DNA from: an uncultured Pseudomonadota bacterium
GTDB lineage: Bacteria; Pseudomonadota; Alphaproteobacteria; JACZXZ01
Direction: 5' to 3'
Assembly: GCA_963749075.1 (NCBI GenBank)
Contig: CAVVLJ010000020.1
Location: 831,924 to 895,923, forward strand
Length of the DNA: 64,000 bases
Shown here: one piece after another, positions 29,247 through 38,900 of the stretch
How the letters are laid out: each line of letters opens with the position of its first letter
How positions within the stretch are numbered: position 1 is the stretch's first letter
Made by a program: the position numbers and the translations under genes
The notes under the pieces: model-generated
What the model was told of the DNA's origin: nothing
Database searches by the model: none
Seen by the model: only the letters and a program-made list of their open reading frames with translations

Positions 29247-29616
29247 GCTGAAGCCGATTTGCACGAAGGCCGACTACGCCCGCGCGCTTGTCGAGGTCGA
29301 ACGGCTCTGGGGCAAGAGGATAGGCACGCCGGAGGGCGACCGCCTCGACGTGCTGGCAACGCTGATCGACGCCTATGAGGCCGAGCATTATCCGATGGAC
29401 CCTCCCGATGCGGTCGAGGCGATCAAGTTCCGCATGGAGCAGCAGGGCCTCGCGCGCAAGGACCTGGAGCCTCTGATCGGGACACGGACGCGCGTCGCCG
29501 AGATCCTGAACCGCAAGCGCAGCCTGTCGATCGCTATGATCCGGCGTCTGCATGAGCGTCTCGGCATTTCCGCCGATGTCCTGATCCGCCCGACCCGCAA
29601 AGGGAAAGCCGCTTGA
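29236..29616 (+). CDS. higA: HigA-type HTH antitoxin
   Basis: LKPI.T.ADY..AL, GDRLDVLATLIDAYEAEHYP, AIKFRMEQ, RSLSIAMIRRLH. Confidence 0.88.
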   Translation: MADELKPICTKADYARALVEVERLWGKRIGTPEGDRLDVLATLIDAYEAEHYPMDPPDAVEAIKFRMEQQGLARKDLEPLIGTRTRVAEILNRKRSLSIAMIRRLHERLGISADVLIRPTRKGKAA

Positions 29617-29685
29617 TCCTCGCCGAGGCATTGGCGTGCGACCGCGCGATATGCCAGAGTCCCGCGGCCAGAGCGGAGAACGGCC

Positions 29686-30741
29686 ATGGATGTTGAGCCC
29701 AAGCGCACGCCCGAGCGCGAGGCCTATTACGCGCGCATCGCCCAAGACAACCTGACGCCGCTCTGGGAGGTCTTGAGCGGCCTGGTGACGCGCGAACCGG
29801 TCGTCCGCGAAGTGCCGGCGGTCTGGCACTATGCGGCGGTGCGGCCGGCGGTCATGGAGGCGGGGCGCATCATCTCGGCCAAGGAGGCCGAGCGGCGCGT
29901 GCTGGTGCTCGAGAACCCAGCGCTCAAGGGCCTCTCACGCATCACCATGAGCCTCTATGCCGGCCTCCAGCTCATCCTCCCGGGCGAGGTGGCGCCGAGC
30001 CACCGCCACGCCGCCTCGGCGCTGCGCTTCATCGTCGAGGGCGAGGGCGCCTATACGGCGGTCGAAGGCGAGAAGACCATCATGTCCGAGGGCGACTTCG
30101 TCATCACACCGCCGTGGAGCTGGCACGACCACGGCAACGACAGCGACAAGCCGATGGTGTGGATGGACGGGCTCGACATGCCGCTCGTCAATTTCCTCAA
30201 CGCGAGCTTCCTCGAGCGCTATCCGGAGGAGAGCCAGCCCCTGGCGCGGCCGCCCGGCGATTCCCTCGCGCGCTACGGCCAGGGCCTCCTGCCCGACGGC
30301 TACGAGGCCAAGAGCCGGTGCTCGCCCGTCTTCAACTACCCCTACGCGCGCACGCGCGAGGCGCTCGAGACCATGCGGCGCACGGACGAGTGGGATGCCT
30401 CTCACGGCCTCAAGGTGCGCTACGTCAATCCGGCGAGCGGCGATTACGCCATGCCGACCATGGGCACCTTCATGCAGCTCCTGCCCAGGGGTTTCGCGGC
30501 ACTCCCCTACCGCTCGACCGACGGCGCCGTCTTCGCCTGCGTCGAGGGGCGCGGGCGGACCCACGTGGGCGACCGCGCGCTCGAATGGGGGCCGCGCGAC
30601 GTCTTCGTGGTGCCGAGCTGGTCCTGGTACCGCCACGAGCCCGACGAGGACTCGGTGCTCTTCAGCTTCTCCGACCGGCCGGTGCAGGAGAAGCTCGGCC
30701 TGTGGCGCGAGCAGCGCGGCAACATGGCACCGCGGGCGTGA
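29686..30741 (+). CDS. gtdA: Gentisate 1,2-dioxygenase
   Basis: AERRVLVLENP, LYAGLQLILPGEVAPSHRH, WHDHGN, WMDGLD, FSDRPVQEKLGLWRE. Confidence 0.92.
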   Translation: MDVEPKRTPEREAYYARIAQDNLTPLWEVLSGLVTREPVVREVPAVWHYAAVRPAVMEAGRIISAKEAERRVLVLENPALKGLSRITMSLYAGLQLILPGEVAPSHRHAASALRFIVEGEGAYTAVEGEKTIMSEGDFVITPPWSWHDHGNDSDKPMVWMDGLDMPLVNFLNASFLERYPEESQPLARPPGDSLARYGQGLLPDGYEAKSRCSPVFNYPYARTREALETMRRTDEWDASHGLKVRYVNPASGDYAMPTMGTFMQLLPRGFAALPYRSTDGAVFACVEGRGRTHVGDRALEWGPRDVFVVPSWSWYRHEPDEDSVLFSFSDRPVQEKLGLWREQRGNMAPRA

Positions 30742-31349
30742 TCGGCAGCGGGGCGGTGCTGACGTTAGACGAGATGACGCCGGCGGAGGTCCTCGCCTTC
30801 TGGTTCGCGGCGGAGCGCGGCACCTCCGGCTACGGCCGGCAGCGCGCCCGCTGGTTCGCCAAGGACGACGCCTTCGATGCCGAGGTGCGCGAGCGGCTGG
30901 CGGCGGCGCACGAGGCGGCCGCGGCAGAAGCGCTTGGCGAGTGGGCGGCAAGCGTCGAGGGTGCGCTCGCCCTCGTCATCCTCCTCGATCAGGTGCCGCG
31001 CAACATCTTCCGCGGCACGGCGCGCGCCTATGCGAGCGACGCGCTCGCGCGCGCGGCGGCGTCGGCGGCCATCGCGCGCGGGCGTGACCGCGAGCTCGTG
31101 CCGGTCGAGCGCATGTTCCTCTATCTCCCCTTCGAGCACAGCGAGGCGCTCGCCGACCAGGAGAGGGCGCTCACCCTCTTCCAGGAGCTCGAGGCGTTCC
31201 CCGAGACGCGCGGCATCACGGAGACCGCATGGCGCCACGCGGAGATCATCCGCCGCTTCGGCCGCTTTCCCCACCGCAACGCCGCCCTCGGGCGCGCGAC
31301 CACGCGGGCGGAGGCAGAGTTCCTCGCGGAGCCGGACGCGTCCTTCTGA
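30738..31349 (+). CDS. DUF924 family protein
   Basis: EVLAFWF..WF, ILLDQVPRNIFRG, FLYLPFEHSE, FGRFPHRNAALGR. Confidence 0.88.
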   Translation: MIGSGAVLTLDEMTPAEVLAFWFAAERGTSGYGRQRARWFAKDDAFDAEVRERLAAAHEAAAAEALGEWAASVEGALALVILLDQVPRNIFRGTARAYASDALARAAASAAIARGRDRELVPVERMFLYLPFEHSEALADQERALTLFQELEAFPETRGITETAWRHAEIIRRFGRFPHRNAALGRATTRAEAEFLAEPDASF

Positions 31350-31362
31350 GCCGGCGCCCGCG

Positions 31363-32601
31363 TCACTTGAGCGGCCGCACCCAGCACTCCGGGCCCGCCG
31401 TGTGCAGCGTCGTGCAGAGCTCCTTGGCCTCGGCCTCGCTCGCGAAGGGGCCGAGCGAGAGCCGCGCCAGCGTCATGCCGCCGACCGTGGTGACCGTGTC
31501 GTAGCGCGGCTTGAGCCTGGCGAGGAGGGCGGGCAGGCGGGCGCGCAGGGCGTCCCAGTTGCGGCTCGCCTCAGCGGGTGCGCCGAAGGCGACGAACTGC
31601 ACGAGGAACTTGCCCGTGGGCGAGGCGACCGGGCCGGTGGCGGCTGCGCTCTTCTTCGGCAGGGAGGCGAGCTGAGTTGCCGGGGCCGCTTTCGCCGGCG
31701 GCGCCGGCTTGGCCGCTGCGGCGGTTGCCGCTCTCGCGGGGCGCTGGACCGGCAGCGGCGGCTCGGGCCGAACGGCCGGCGGCTCCGCGCGCGCGGCCGC
31801 CGCGGGCTTGCTCGCGGGAGCTTGCGCGGCGGGCGCCGGCAGGGCCTTGGCGGTGACCGGCGTCGTCGGCTCGGCGGGCGGCCGCGGCGGCGGCGCGGGC
31901 TTGGCCCCCGTCGCCGGGGCGGCTCCGCCCGCCGCGGGCTGGTCGGCGGTGTCCTTGTCCTCGCCCGTGTCCACCATGGCCAGGCTCGGCAGCACCTCGC
32001 CGAACTTGTGGTAATTGGCGAGGGTCATGCGCCTCAGGGTGCCGCCGCTCTGGAAATCGCGCTCGAGGACGGCACCCACCTCGGGCGCGTAAAAGAGCGT
32101 CTCCAGGCCGTCGCCGCGCTGGCAGGCAATCTCCCAAGCCGTAAAGGTCCCGGCCTCGACCGTGAGCTTGTGCGAGCGCCGCACCTGGCAGGAGTCGCGC
32201 TCGACGCGCGGTGGGCCGTCGCCTTGCCGGACGATGACCTTGTAGGCGACCTCTTTGTCGGCGACGAGAGGGAAGACGGTGGGCATCTCGGGCTCGAAGC
32301 TGCGCGTGAGCGAGGTGCCGCCGTTGGCGGGGGTCTCGGAGCGCGGCGGAATGGAAGGATCGCGGAAGCCGACCCATTTGCTGCCGGCCTTGTCGGTCCA
32401 GGTGATCTCGTCGCCGCTCACGGCGGAGACGGTGACCGTGCGCTCGACGCCGTTGTTGTCGTAGGTGAGGCTGTCGCCCACGTGATGCTGGGGGAGCGCC
32501 TCGACCGCGAGCGGTGCTGCCGGATTCGTCTGCGACGCGGCATAGCCGGCGAGCGTCGCGGCGAGGAGCGCGCCGAGGGCTGCCCCTCGCACTGCGGTCA
32601 T
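31363..32601 (-). CDS. Periplasmic SPOR-domain protein
   Basis: Signal peptide, beta-rich N-terminal domain, Pro/Ala linker, C-terminal FLVQFVAF..RLSLGPFAS..AKELC..L.....C. Confidence 0.75.
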   Translation of the reverse strand: MTAVRGAALGALLAATLAGYAASQTNPAAPLAVEALPQHHVGDSLTYDNNGVERTVTVSAVSGDEITWTDKAGSKWVGFRDPSIPPRSETPANGGTSLTRSFEPEMPTVFPLVADKEVAYKVIVRQGDGPPRVERDSCQVRRSHKLTVEAGTFTAWEIACQRGDGLETLFYAPEVGAVLERDFQSGGTLRRMTLANYHKFGEVLPSLAMVDTGEDKDTADQPAAGGAAPATGAKPAPPPRPPAEPTTPVTAKALPAPAAQAPASKPAAAARAEPPAVRPEPPLPVQRPARAATAAAAKPAPPAKAAPATQLASLPKKSAAATGPVASPTGKFLVQFVAFGAPAEASRNWDALRARLPALLARLKPRYDTVTTVGGMTLARLSLGPFASEAEAKELCTTLHTAGPECWVRPLK

Positions 32602-32738
32602 GTCACGACGTGGTGGCACCTCGACCGGCATTCGATCCTGCTTCGGGCGCGCCGTCGGCCCGTTGGGCCGCAGTGTGCCAAAGCGGCGGGACGCCAGCAA
32701 CCTGACCTTGGCGCGGGCTCCCCGGCCGCTGCCACGCT

Positions 32739-33821
32739 TCACATGTGCGGAGCGCCGCCGAGGGCCGGCTGCCTGGCGAGGTCCGCTCCGCTCCCGCCGC
32801 CCTCGACGCGCGCGAAGAGCCTTGCGAAGTTGAGCCCCAGCACCTTCTCGACGGTCGGCGCGGCATGGCCCCGTGCCAGGAGGCCGTTCGCAATGGCGGG
32901 AAGGGTGGCCGCGGTCTCCAGCCCTTCGGCATTGACCGTCTCGAAGCCGTACCAGTCGCCGAGGCCGCCGGTCACCTCGGGGTAGGCGCCGGCCGGGCCA
33001 TAGACGCGCGCCCACTCGGCGGGCTCGGGGATCAAATCCTCGCACCAGTCGGAGCCGATCGCGACGTGATCGGGGCCGACCAGGCGGAGCGCGTGATCGA
33101 AGCAGTCGAGAACGTCCTCGATGGTCGGCCGGCGGCCGTCGCCGCGGTGGGCGATGGGCGACCAGAAGGCGATGCCGATCACCCCGCCCTTCTCCGCGAG
33201 GCTGAGGATCGCGTCGTCGCTCTTGTTGCGCGGGGAGGGCGAGACGGCGCTCGGATTGGCGTGGCTGCACAGCACCGGCGCCGCGGAATGGGCAATCGCG
33301 TCGAGCGTGGTCCTGGGCCCGCAGTGGGAGACGTCGATGATCAGGCCGAGGCGGTTCATCTCCTCGACCACCCGGCGCCCGAAGCGGCTCAACCCGTCGT
33401 CGGGCTCGCAGCAGCCGGTGCCGATGATGCTCCGCTGGTTGTGGGTGAGCTGAATGATGCGCACGCCGAGCTCCGCGAGGATGCGGAGAAAGGCGAACTC
33501 GCGGCCGATCGGCTCGGCGTCCTGCAGCCCGAGGATGATGCCGACGCGCCGGCGCGATTTCGCAAGCCGGATGTCCTCGGCGCGGCTCACCAGCATGAGC
33601 TCGTCCGGGCTGCCTTTGACCGTCGCGATCACGCTTGCCAGGTCGCTGAGGGCCTCCGGCAGGCTGGCGCCGATGCGGACCGCGGTCAGGTTCACCGCCG
33701 TGACGCGCGCTTGCCGCATGCGCGCGATGACGCCTGGCGTGAGCGCGCTGCCGTTGAGGCAGTCGACGACGAGGCTCTGCTCGTAAAGCTCCAAGCCTGA
33801 GGGTGCGCCGGGCGCCGTCAT
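32739..33821 (-). CDS. Membrane dipeptidase (M19) family protein
   Basis: EEMNRLGLIIDVSH, SHAN..RNKSD, DHVAIGSD, LGLNFAR. Confidence 0.88.
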   Translation of the reverse strand: MTAPGAPSGLELYEQSLVVDCLNGSALTPGVIARMRQARVTAVNLTAVRIGASLPEALSDLASVIATVKGSPDELMLVSRAEDIRLAKSRRRVGIILGLQDAEPIGREFAFLRILAELGVRIIQLTHNQRSIIGTGCCEPDDGLSRFGRRVVEEMNRLGLIIDVSHCGPRTTLDAIAHSAAPVLCSHANPSAVSPSPRNKSDDAILSLAEKGGVIGIAFWSPIAHRGDGRRPTIEDVLDCFDHALRLVGPDHVAIGSDWCEDLIPEPAEWARVYGPAGAYPEVTGGLGDWYGFETVNAEGLETAATLPAIANGLLARGHAAPTVEKVLGLNFARLFARVEGGGSGADLARQPALGGAPHM

Positions 33822-34921
33822 GTCTTCTCTCCATTTCCAGGAACGAGCAGGCTCGAGCCCTCGGGCTTCCAGGCAAGGGCGACGCGCGTGCCCGGCGCCG
33901 TCAGCGGATCGCCCGGCCGCGCCTCGACGAGGAACTGGGTCGCGGGGTCGAGCTCGACGGTCGCGTGCACCAGGCTGCCGGCAAAGACGCGGTCGACGAC
34001 GGTGCCCTCGACGGCGTTGCATCCCTCGGGCGCCAGGCCCGGCGCGTAAAGCATGAGCGCCTCGGGCCTGATCATGACGGTGAGCGCTTCGCCGCCGGCG
34101 GCGCCCGGGGCGGCACCCGGACCGCCGCGGGGGCAGAGGATGCGCCTGCCGCAATAGTCGAGGACGAGATGGGACGGCGTGGCGCCGGCCGGGCGGGCGC
34201 TGAGGAGGTTGACCTTGCCGACGAACTCGGCGACGAAGCGGGTCGCCGGCCGCTTGTAGATCTCCTCGGGCGGCGCCAGCTGGACAATGCGCCCCGCGGC
34301 CATCACCGCGATGCGGTCGGAGAGCGCCATCGCTTCGCCCTGATCGTGGGTGACGTAGATGGTGGTGACCGCCAGCGCCCGATGCAGGCGGCGGAGCTCG
34401 GCCTGCATCGCCTCGCGCAATTTGAGATCGAGCGCACCCAAGGGCTCGTCCATCAGGAGCACCTTTGGCCGGAAGGCGAGCGCTCGCGCAAGGGCCACGC
34501 GCTGCTGCTGGCCGCCGCTGAGTTCGGCGGGATAGCGGCCGGCGAGGCCCGGCAGCCTGACCAGCTCGAGGAGCTCGGCCACGCGCGCCTCGAGCTCGCG
34601 GCCGCGGCGGCCGCGCTCGCGGAGGCCGAAGGCGACGTTCTCGGCGACGCTCAGGTGGGGAAAGAGGGCGTAGTCCTGGAACACCATGCCCACGTCGCGC
34701 CGCTGCGGCGGCACGCCCGCCATGCCGCGGCCGTCCATGACGATCTCGCCGCTCGTCGGCTCGACGAAGCCGGCGACGAGGCGCAGCGCCGTCGTCTTGC
34801 CGCAGCCGGAGGGGCCGAGGAGGGAGAGGAACTCCCCCTCCTTGACCTCGAGATCGACGCCGTCGAGCGCGGTATAGGCGCCATATCGCTTCACGACATG
34901 GCGGAACAGCACGTGGGACAT
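33818..34921 (-). CDS. PotA-like ABC ATPase
   Basis: GPSGCGKTT, LSGGQQQR, LLMDEP, C-terminal TOBE-like region. Confidence 0.92.
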   Translation of the reverse strand: MSHVLFRHVVKRYGAYTALDGVDLEVKEGEFLSLLGPSGCGKTTALRLVAGFVEPTSGEIVMDGRGMAGVPPQRRDVGMVFQDYALFPHLSVAENVAFGLRERGRRGRELEARVAELLELVRLPGLAGRYPAELSGGQQQRVALARALAFRPKVLLMDEPLGALDLKLREAMQAELRRLHRALAVTTIYVTHDQGEAMALSDRIAVMAAGRIVQLAPPEEIYKRPATRFVAEFVGKVNLLSARPAGATPSHLVLDYCGRRILCPRGGPGAAPGAAGGEALTVMIRPEALMLYAPGLAPEGCNAVEGTVVDRVFAGSLVHATVELDPATQFLVEARPGDPLTAPGTRVALAWKPEGSSLLVPGNGEKT

Positions 34922-34936
34922 CGGCCGCTTGCGGCA

Positions 34937-36010
34937 TCAGCGGGCGGTGACCCGGTTCCACTTGTCGACGATGGCGGCGAGGTCGATGTGCCCCCAGTCA
35001 ATGGCATAGGCGTGGGCGACGGCCTCGGGCGTGAGCAGCATCAGCTGGGCGAGCACCGGATCGCTCCGCATGTCGGCGAGCGCCTGCGTGTTGACCGGCG
35101 CCACGCCGTTGGCGCGGCCGAGCGCTTCCTGCACCGCGGGCGAGAGGTAGCGGTTGACGAAGAATTCCGCGGCGGGAGCCACCTCGGTGCCCTTGACGAT
35201 GCCGACCATGCCGCTCGCGATGACGCCGTTCCTGTCCTTGACCTGGGGGAAGCTGATCGCGACCGGAATGCCCGTGCGCTTGACGCGCAGCGCCCAGCCG
35301 GCGTGCCACGGAGCCGCCCACACGTCGCCCGAGGCGAATTTCGTCGAGAGCTCGACGGACGAGCGGTAGAAGTAGGGGAGATTGGCCTCCTTGAGCCGCT
35401 TGAGGCCGGGATCGACGTTGAGCTCGTCGCCGCCGTATTCGGTCGAGAGCCCGATGAGCGCGTAGGGTCCGTAGCTGATGTCGGGCCATGCCACGTGCCC
35501 GGCGAGCTTGGCATCGAGGAGGTCGGAGTAGCGCGCCGGCTTCGCGATGTTGGCCGCGGCGAACTTCTCGGTATTGTAGACGATGCCCTCCTCGAGCGTC
35601 CAGGTGTTGGCCGTCTCGCCGTCCTTCTGCGCCGCTGTGAGCGCCGCCGAGTTCGGAATGTCGCCATAGGGCATCGCCATGAGGAGGCCGGAATCCTTGA
35701 GCGGCTTCCACAGGTCGGACTGGAACTCCATCACGTCGAAGGGCGGCTTCTGGCCGCGCGCGGCGAGGAGCTTGTTGAAATTCTCGAGGGCGTTGCCGAT
35801 GACGTACTCGACCTTGGCGCCGCGCTTCTCGAGCTCGCTGCCGATGAGCTCCTGAATGCGGTCGCGCCAGCTGCCGCCCCAGGTCGCGACGCGGATGGTG
35901 ACGCCGTCGAAGCGCTCCTCCGCGACGGCGGCCGGGGGCGCCGAGAGGACGGCGCCGAGGGCGCCGATCGCGGCCAAAAAGGCGCCTTTGCGCCACAAGC
36001 TCATGGTCAT
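34937..36010 (-). CDS. PotD/PotF-like extracellular solute-binding protein
   Basis: Signal peptide; ATWGGSW; IVYNTEK; AGGAGG RBS. Confidence 0.85.
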   Translation of the reverse strand: MTMSLWRKGAFLAAIGALGAVLSAPPAAVAEERFDGVTIRVATWGGSWRDRIQELIGSELEKRGAKVEYVIGNALENFNKLLAARGQKPPFDVMEFQSDLWKPLKDSGLLMAMPYGDIPNSAALTAAQKDGETANTWTLEEGIVYNTEKFAAANIAKPARYSDLLDAKLAGHVAWPDISYGPYALIGLSTEYGGDELNVDPGLKRLKEANLPYFYRSSVELSTKFASGDVWAAPWHAGWALRVKRTGIPVAISFPQVKDRNGVIASGMVGIVKGTEVAPAAEFFVNRYLSPAVQEALGRANGVAPVNTQALADMRSDPVLAQLMLLTPEAVAHAYAIDWGHIDLAAIVDKWNRVTAR

Positions 36011-36063
36011 GTCATGCCTCCTCCTGTGTTGCCGGCGACTGTGGCCGGAATGCGGGTTCGCGC

Positions 36064-36906
36064 TCATCGGCGGGCGCTGCCGGCGCGGAGCAGGCCATCG
36101 AGGCCGATGGCGCGCTGCAGCAGGATGAGAACGGCGAGCGAGATCGCCAGCGTGATCGTGGAGAGCGCCAAGAGCGCCGGACTGAAGTCGAACTGCATGG
36201 AGGTGAACATCTCGACCGGGAAGGTGGTGTAGGCCGGGCTGCTCAGGAAAAGCGCCACGGGGACCTCGCCGAAGGAGACGATGAAGGCATAGAGGCCGCC
36301 CGCGTAGACGCCGGGCATGATGATCGGCAGCGTCACGCGGCGGAAGGTGCGCCATCTGGAGGCGCCGAGGCTGAGGGCGGCCTCCTCGAAGCGCGGATTG
36401 AAGCGCTGCAGGACGGCCATCACGGCGCCCATCGCGTAAGGCCCCGTGAGGAACACGTGCCCCAGCAGCAGGCCGAGGAACTGCCCGCGCAGATTGAGCC
36501 CGACGGCGCCGCCCACGAGGTAGTAGAGCTGGAGGAAGGCGATCCCGGTCACGACGAAGGGGATCTGCAGCGGGGCGCGGAGGAAGAGCGCCACCAGGCG
36601 GCGGCCGGGGAAGCGGTCGCGCACCAGCCCCAATGCGGCGGGCACGGCGAGCGCGAGCGAGGCCGCCGCCGTCGCGAGGGCAAGCGCCAGGCTGACGAAA
36701 AGGCTGTCGATGTCGCGCGCCGGCATGCGCCGGTACCATTCGAGGGAAAGCTCGTGCGGCGGGAAGCTGACATAGGGATGCTCGCCGCCGGCAAAGGACG
36801 CCGCCGCGATGACCACCATGGGGGCGAAAAGGAAGACGTAGAGCGACGCTATGAAGAGGGCCGCGATACTCCGCTTGAGCGCCCGGCTGCCGGCCGCGCG
36901 CATCAC
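36064..36906 (-). CDS. PotC-like ABC permease
   Basis: EAA motif FEEAALSLGAS..TFRRVTLP. Confidence 0.9.
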   Translation of the reverse strand: MMRAAGSRALKRSIAALFIASLYVFLFAPMVVIAAASFAGGEHPYVSFPPHELSLEWYRRMPARDIDSLFVSLALALATAAASLALAVPAALGLVRDRFPGRRLVALFLRAPLQIPFVVTGIAFLQLYYLVGGAVGLNLRGQFLGLLLGHVFLTGPYAMGAVMAVLQRFNPRFEEAALSLGASRWRTFRRVTLPIIMPGVYAGGLYAFIVSFGEVPVALFLSSPAYTTFPVEMFTSMQFDFSPALLALSTITLAISLAVLILLQRAIGLDGLLRAGSARR

Positions 36907-37829
36907 ACGACGCCCGTCATGCGCGCGGTTCGCAGCCGCGCCAGCACGGCGACCGTGGCCACGTTGACGGCCAGCACGCTGCCCATGAGCACGGCCGAGA
37001 GCGTCGCCGCCATGGCGTATTTGGATTCGAGGATCATCGTGCGCTCGATGAGGACGGGAAGCGTCAGGATGCGCCCGCCGCCCAGGAGTGCCGCCGCGGT
37101 GAAGGCCCCCATGCTGAGGTTGAAGACGACGAGGCCGCCCGTGAGGAGGCCCGGAAGCGACAAGGGAAGGACGACGCGGCGGAACACCCGCAGGCGCCCG
37201 GCGCCGAGACCGGCCGCGGCTTCCTCGAGGGAGCGCGGGATGGTCTGGATCACGCTGAAGACGAGCAGGATGACGAAGCCGAGCGTGAAGTGAAGGAGGC
37301 CGATCACCACGCCCGTGAAAGTGCCGAGAATCTGCAGCGGGGCGGAGAGGGGGAGGAGGGAGAGGAGGACGCGGTTCACCAGCCCGTCCGCGTTGAAGAT
37401 CACGATGAGGCCGAGGACCTTGATGACCTCCGCCACCAGCGCCGTCACCACGATGCCGGCCAGGAGGAGCGAGGCCCAGCGCGAACGCATGCGGGCGAGG
37501 ATGTAGGCCGCAGGGAAGCCGAGCAAGAGCGAGCAGGCCACGACAGCAAGGGCGACCTCGGCGGTCAGCAGGAGCGAGCGGAGGTAGAAGGGGTCGCTCA
37601 GCACCGCGAGATAATTGGCGAGCGTCCAGCCGGTGTCGAGTAGGCCGAAGCCGCGGTCGCGGTAGAAGCTCATGCGGAGGAAGACCGCCTGGGAGCCGAT
37701 CAGAAGCCCGCCGGAGACGACGACCGCCGGAAGAAGGAACCAGCCCCAGCGTATCCCCACGGCGCGCGCCGGCGCGTCTTCCGGGCGCCCGGCCGCCGCT
37801 TGCCCTCCATCATCCTCTGCCGGACTCAC
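36903..37829 (-). CDS. PotB-like ABC permease
   Basis: EAA motif LEEAAAGLGA..VFRRVVLPLSLPG. Confidence 0.9.
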   Translation of the reverse strand: MSPAEDDGGQAAAGRPEDAPARAVGIRWGWFLLPAVVVSGGLLIGSQAVFLRMSFYRDRGFGLLDTGWTLANYLAVLSDPFYLRSLLLTAEVALAVVACSLLLGFPAAYILARMRSRWASLLLAGIVVTALVAEVIKVLGLIVIFNADGLVNRVLLSLLPLSAPLQILGTFTGVVIGLLHFTLGFVILLVFSVIQTIPRSLEEAAAGLGAGRLRVFRRVVLPLSLPGLLTGGLVVFNLSMGAFTAAALLGGGRILTLPVLIERTMILESKYAMAATLSAVLMGSVLAVNVATVAVLARLRTARMTGVV

Positions 37830-37909
37830 CGTTTCGGCCCCCGCGAAACGCCCGGCACCAGCGAATACGCAAAAGGCATTAGTGTCAAATAAGACGCTCT
37901 TGGTTCTTC

Positions 37910-37924
37910 ATAAGCGAATCTTAT
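37910..37924. promoter_or_regulatory. LysR recognition box (T-N11-A)
   Basis: Dyad ATAAG-CGAAT-CTTAT with perfect 5-bp arms, in the AT-rich divergent promoter between the ABC operon and lysR. Confidence 0.7.
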
Positions 37925-37967
37925 AAGCTACCGGCGGCTCGACACCGGCATTCGCGTGCGGGGATCC

Positions 37968-38888
37968 ATGAACGTCAGGCATATGGAATGCTTTCGCGCC
38001 GCCATGACGGCCGGCAGCTTTACGGGGGCGGCGGCGCTGCTCGGCGTCTCGCAGCCCGCGGTGAGCGGCATGATCCGCGCGCTCGAGCATGAGCTCGGCT
38101 TCGCCCTGTTCTCGCGCCTGAGCGGCCGCATGCGCGCCACGCCCGAGGCGCATTACCTTTTCCAGGACATCGAGCGCACGCTGGGCAGCCTCGAGCGCAC
38201 CGTGCAGACCGCGCGCGCCATCCGCAACCGCACGCATGGCCGTCTCGTGGTGGCGAGCTATCCCGGGATCGCGCTCGAGTTTCTCCCCATGGTGGTCGCA
38301 GAGTTCCTGGCCGGGCGGCCGGACGTGCGCGTCGAGCTTCATTCGCGGAGCTCGCACGTCATCCACGAGCTGATCCCCGCCCAGCGCTTCGACGTGGCGA
38401 TCGCCGAGTTGCCGGCCAACCAGCGCGGCGTCCATTCGGAGCCCTTGACGCTCGAATGCGTCTGCGTGCTGCCCGAAGGCCATGCGCTCGCAGAGCGCGA
38501 GACCTTGACGCCCGCCGATCTCGACAACCTTCCGTTCATTTCCCTCTTCGGCGAGCACATCATCCATTACCAGGTCGCGCGGGCCTTCGCTGCGGCCAAC
38601 GCCCACTGGAACGTGGTCGCGGAGACGCGCTTCTTCGCGACGAACTGCGCCTTCGCCGCCTTGGGAACCGGCGTCTCGATCGTCGATCCGATCACGGCCT
38701 CGGACTACGCGGGCCGCGGCATCGTGGCGCGGCGGTTCCGGCCGCGGATTCCCTTCGAGATCGGCCTCCTTTATCCGACCGAGCGACCGCGCGCGCGCAT
38801 CCTCGATGCGCTCGTGGCCGTGCTGAAGCGGCACTTGCAGCCCTATCTCGTCGAGGACCCCGGCTCAGGCGTGCGGCGCGCCGGCTGA
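37968..38888 (+). CDS. LysR family transcriptional regulator
   Basis: GSFTGAAALLGVSQPAVS..LEHELGFALF; divergent from the ABC operon. Confidence 0.93.
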   Translation: MNVRHMECFRAAMTAGSFTGAAALLGVSQPAVSGMIRALEHELGFALFSRLSGRMRATPEAHYLFQDIERTLGSLERTVQTARAIRNRTHGRLVVASYPGIALEFLPMVVAEFLAGRPDVRVELHSRSSHVIHELIPAQRFDVAIAELPANQRGVHSEPLTLECVCVLPEGHALAERETLTPADLDNLPFISLFGEHIIHYQVARAFAAANAHWNVVAETRFFATNCAFAALGTGVSIVDPITASDYAGRGIVARRFRPRIPFEIGLLYPTERPRARILDALVAVLKRHLQPYLVEDPGSGVRRAG

Positions 38889-38900
38889 GAGCCGGCCGGC

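Noticed and set aside
25803-29264. Very long antisense/alternate-frame ORFs (1153 aa here; also 23486-25966, 33803-36232, 39572-41809, 30877-32985)
   Set aside because: Shadow ORFs expected in high-GC DNA opposite well-supported genes; they are Arg/Gly/Ala-rich with no recognisable motifs.
31363-34961. Apparent long fusions (837-aa SPOR ORF, 740-aa dipeptidase ORF; similarly 59773-62103 and 20780-22318)
   Set aside because: Upstream extensions overlap other real genes in different frames; internal starts with signal peptides, RBS or ATGA coupling fit better.
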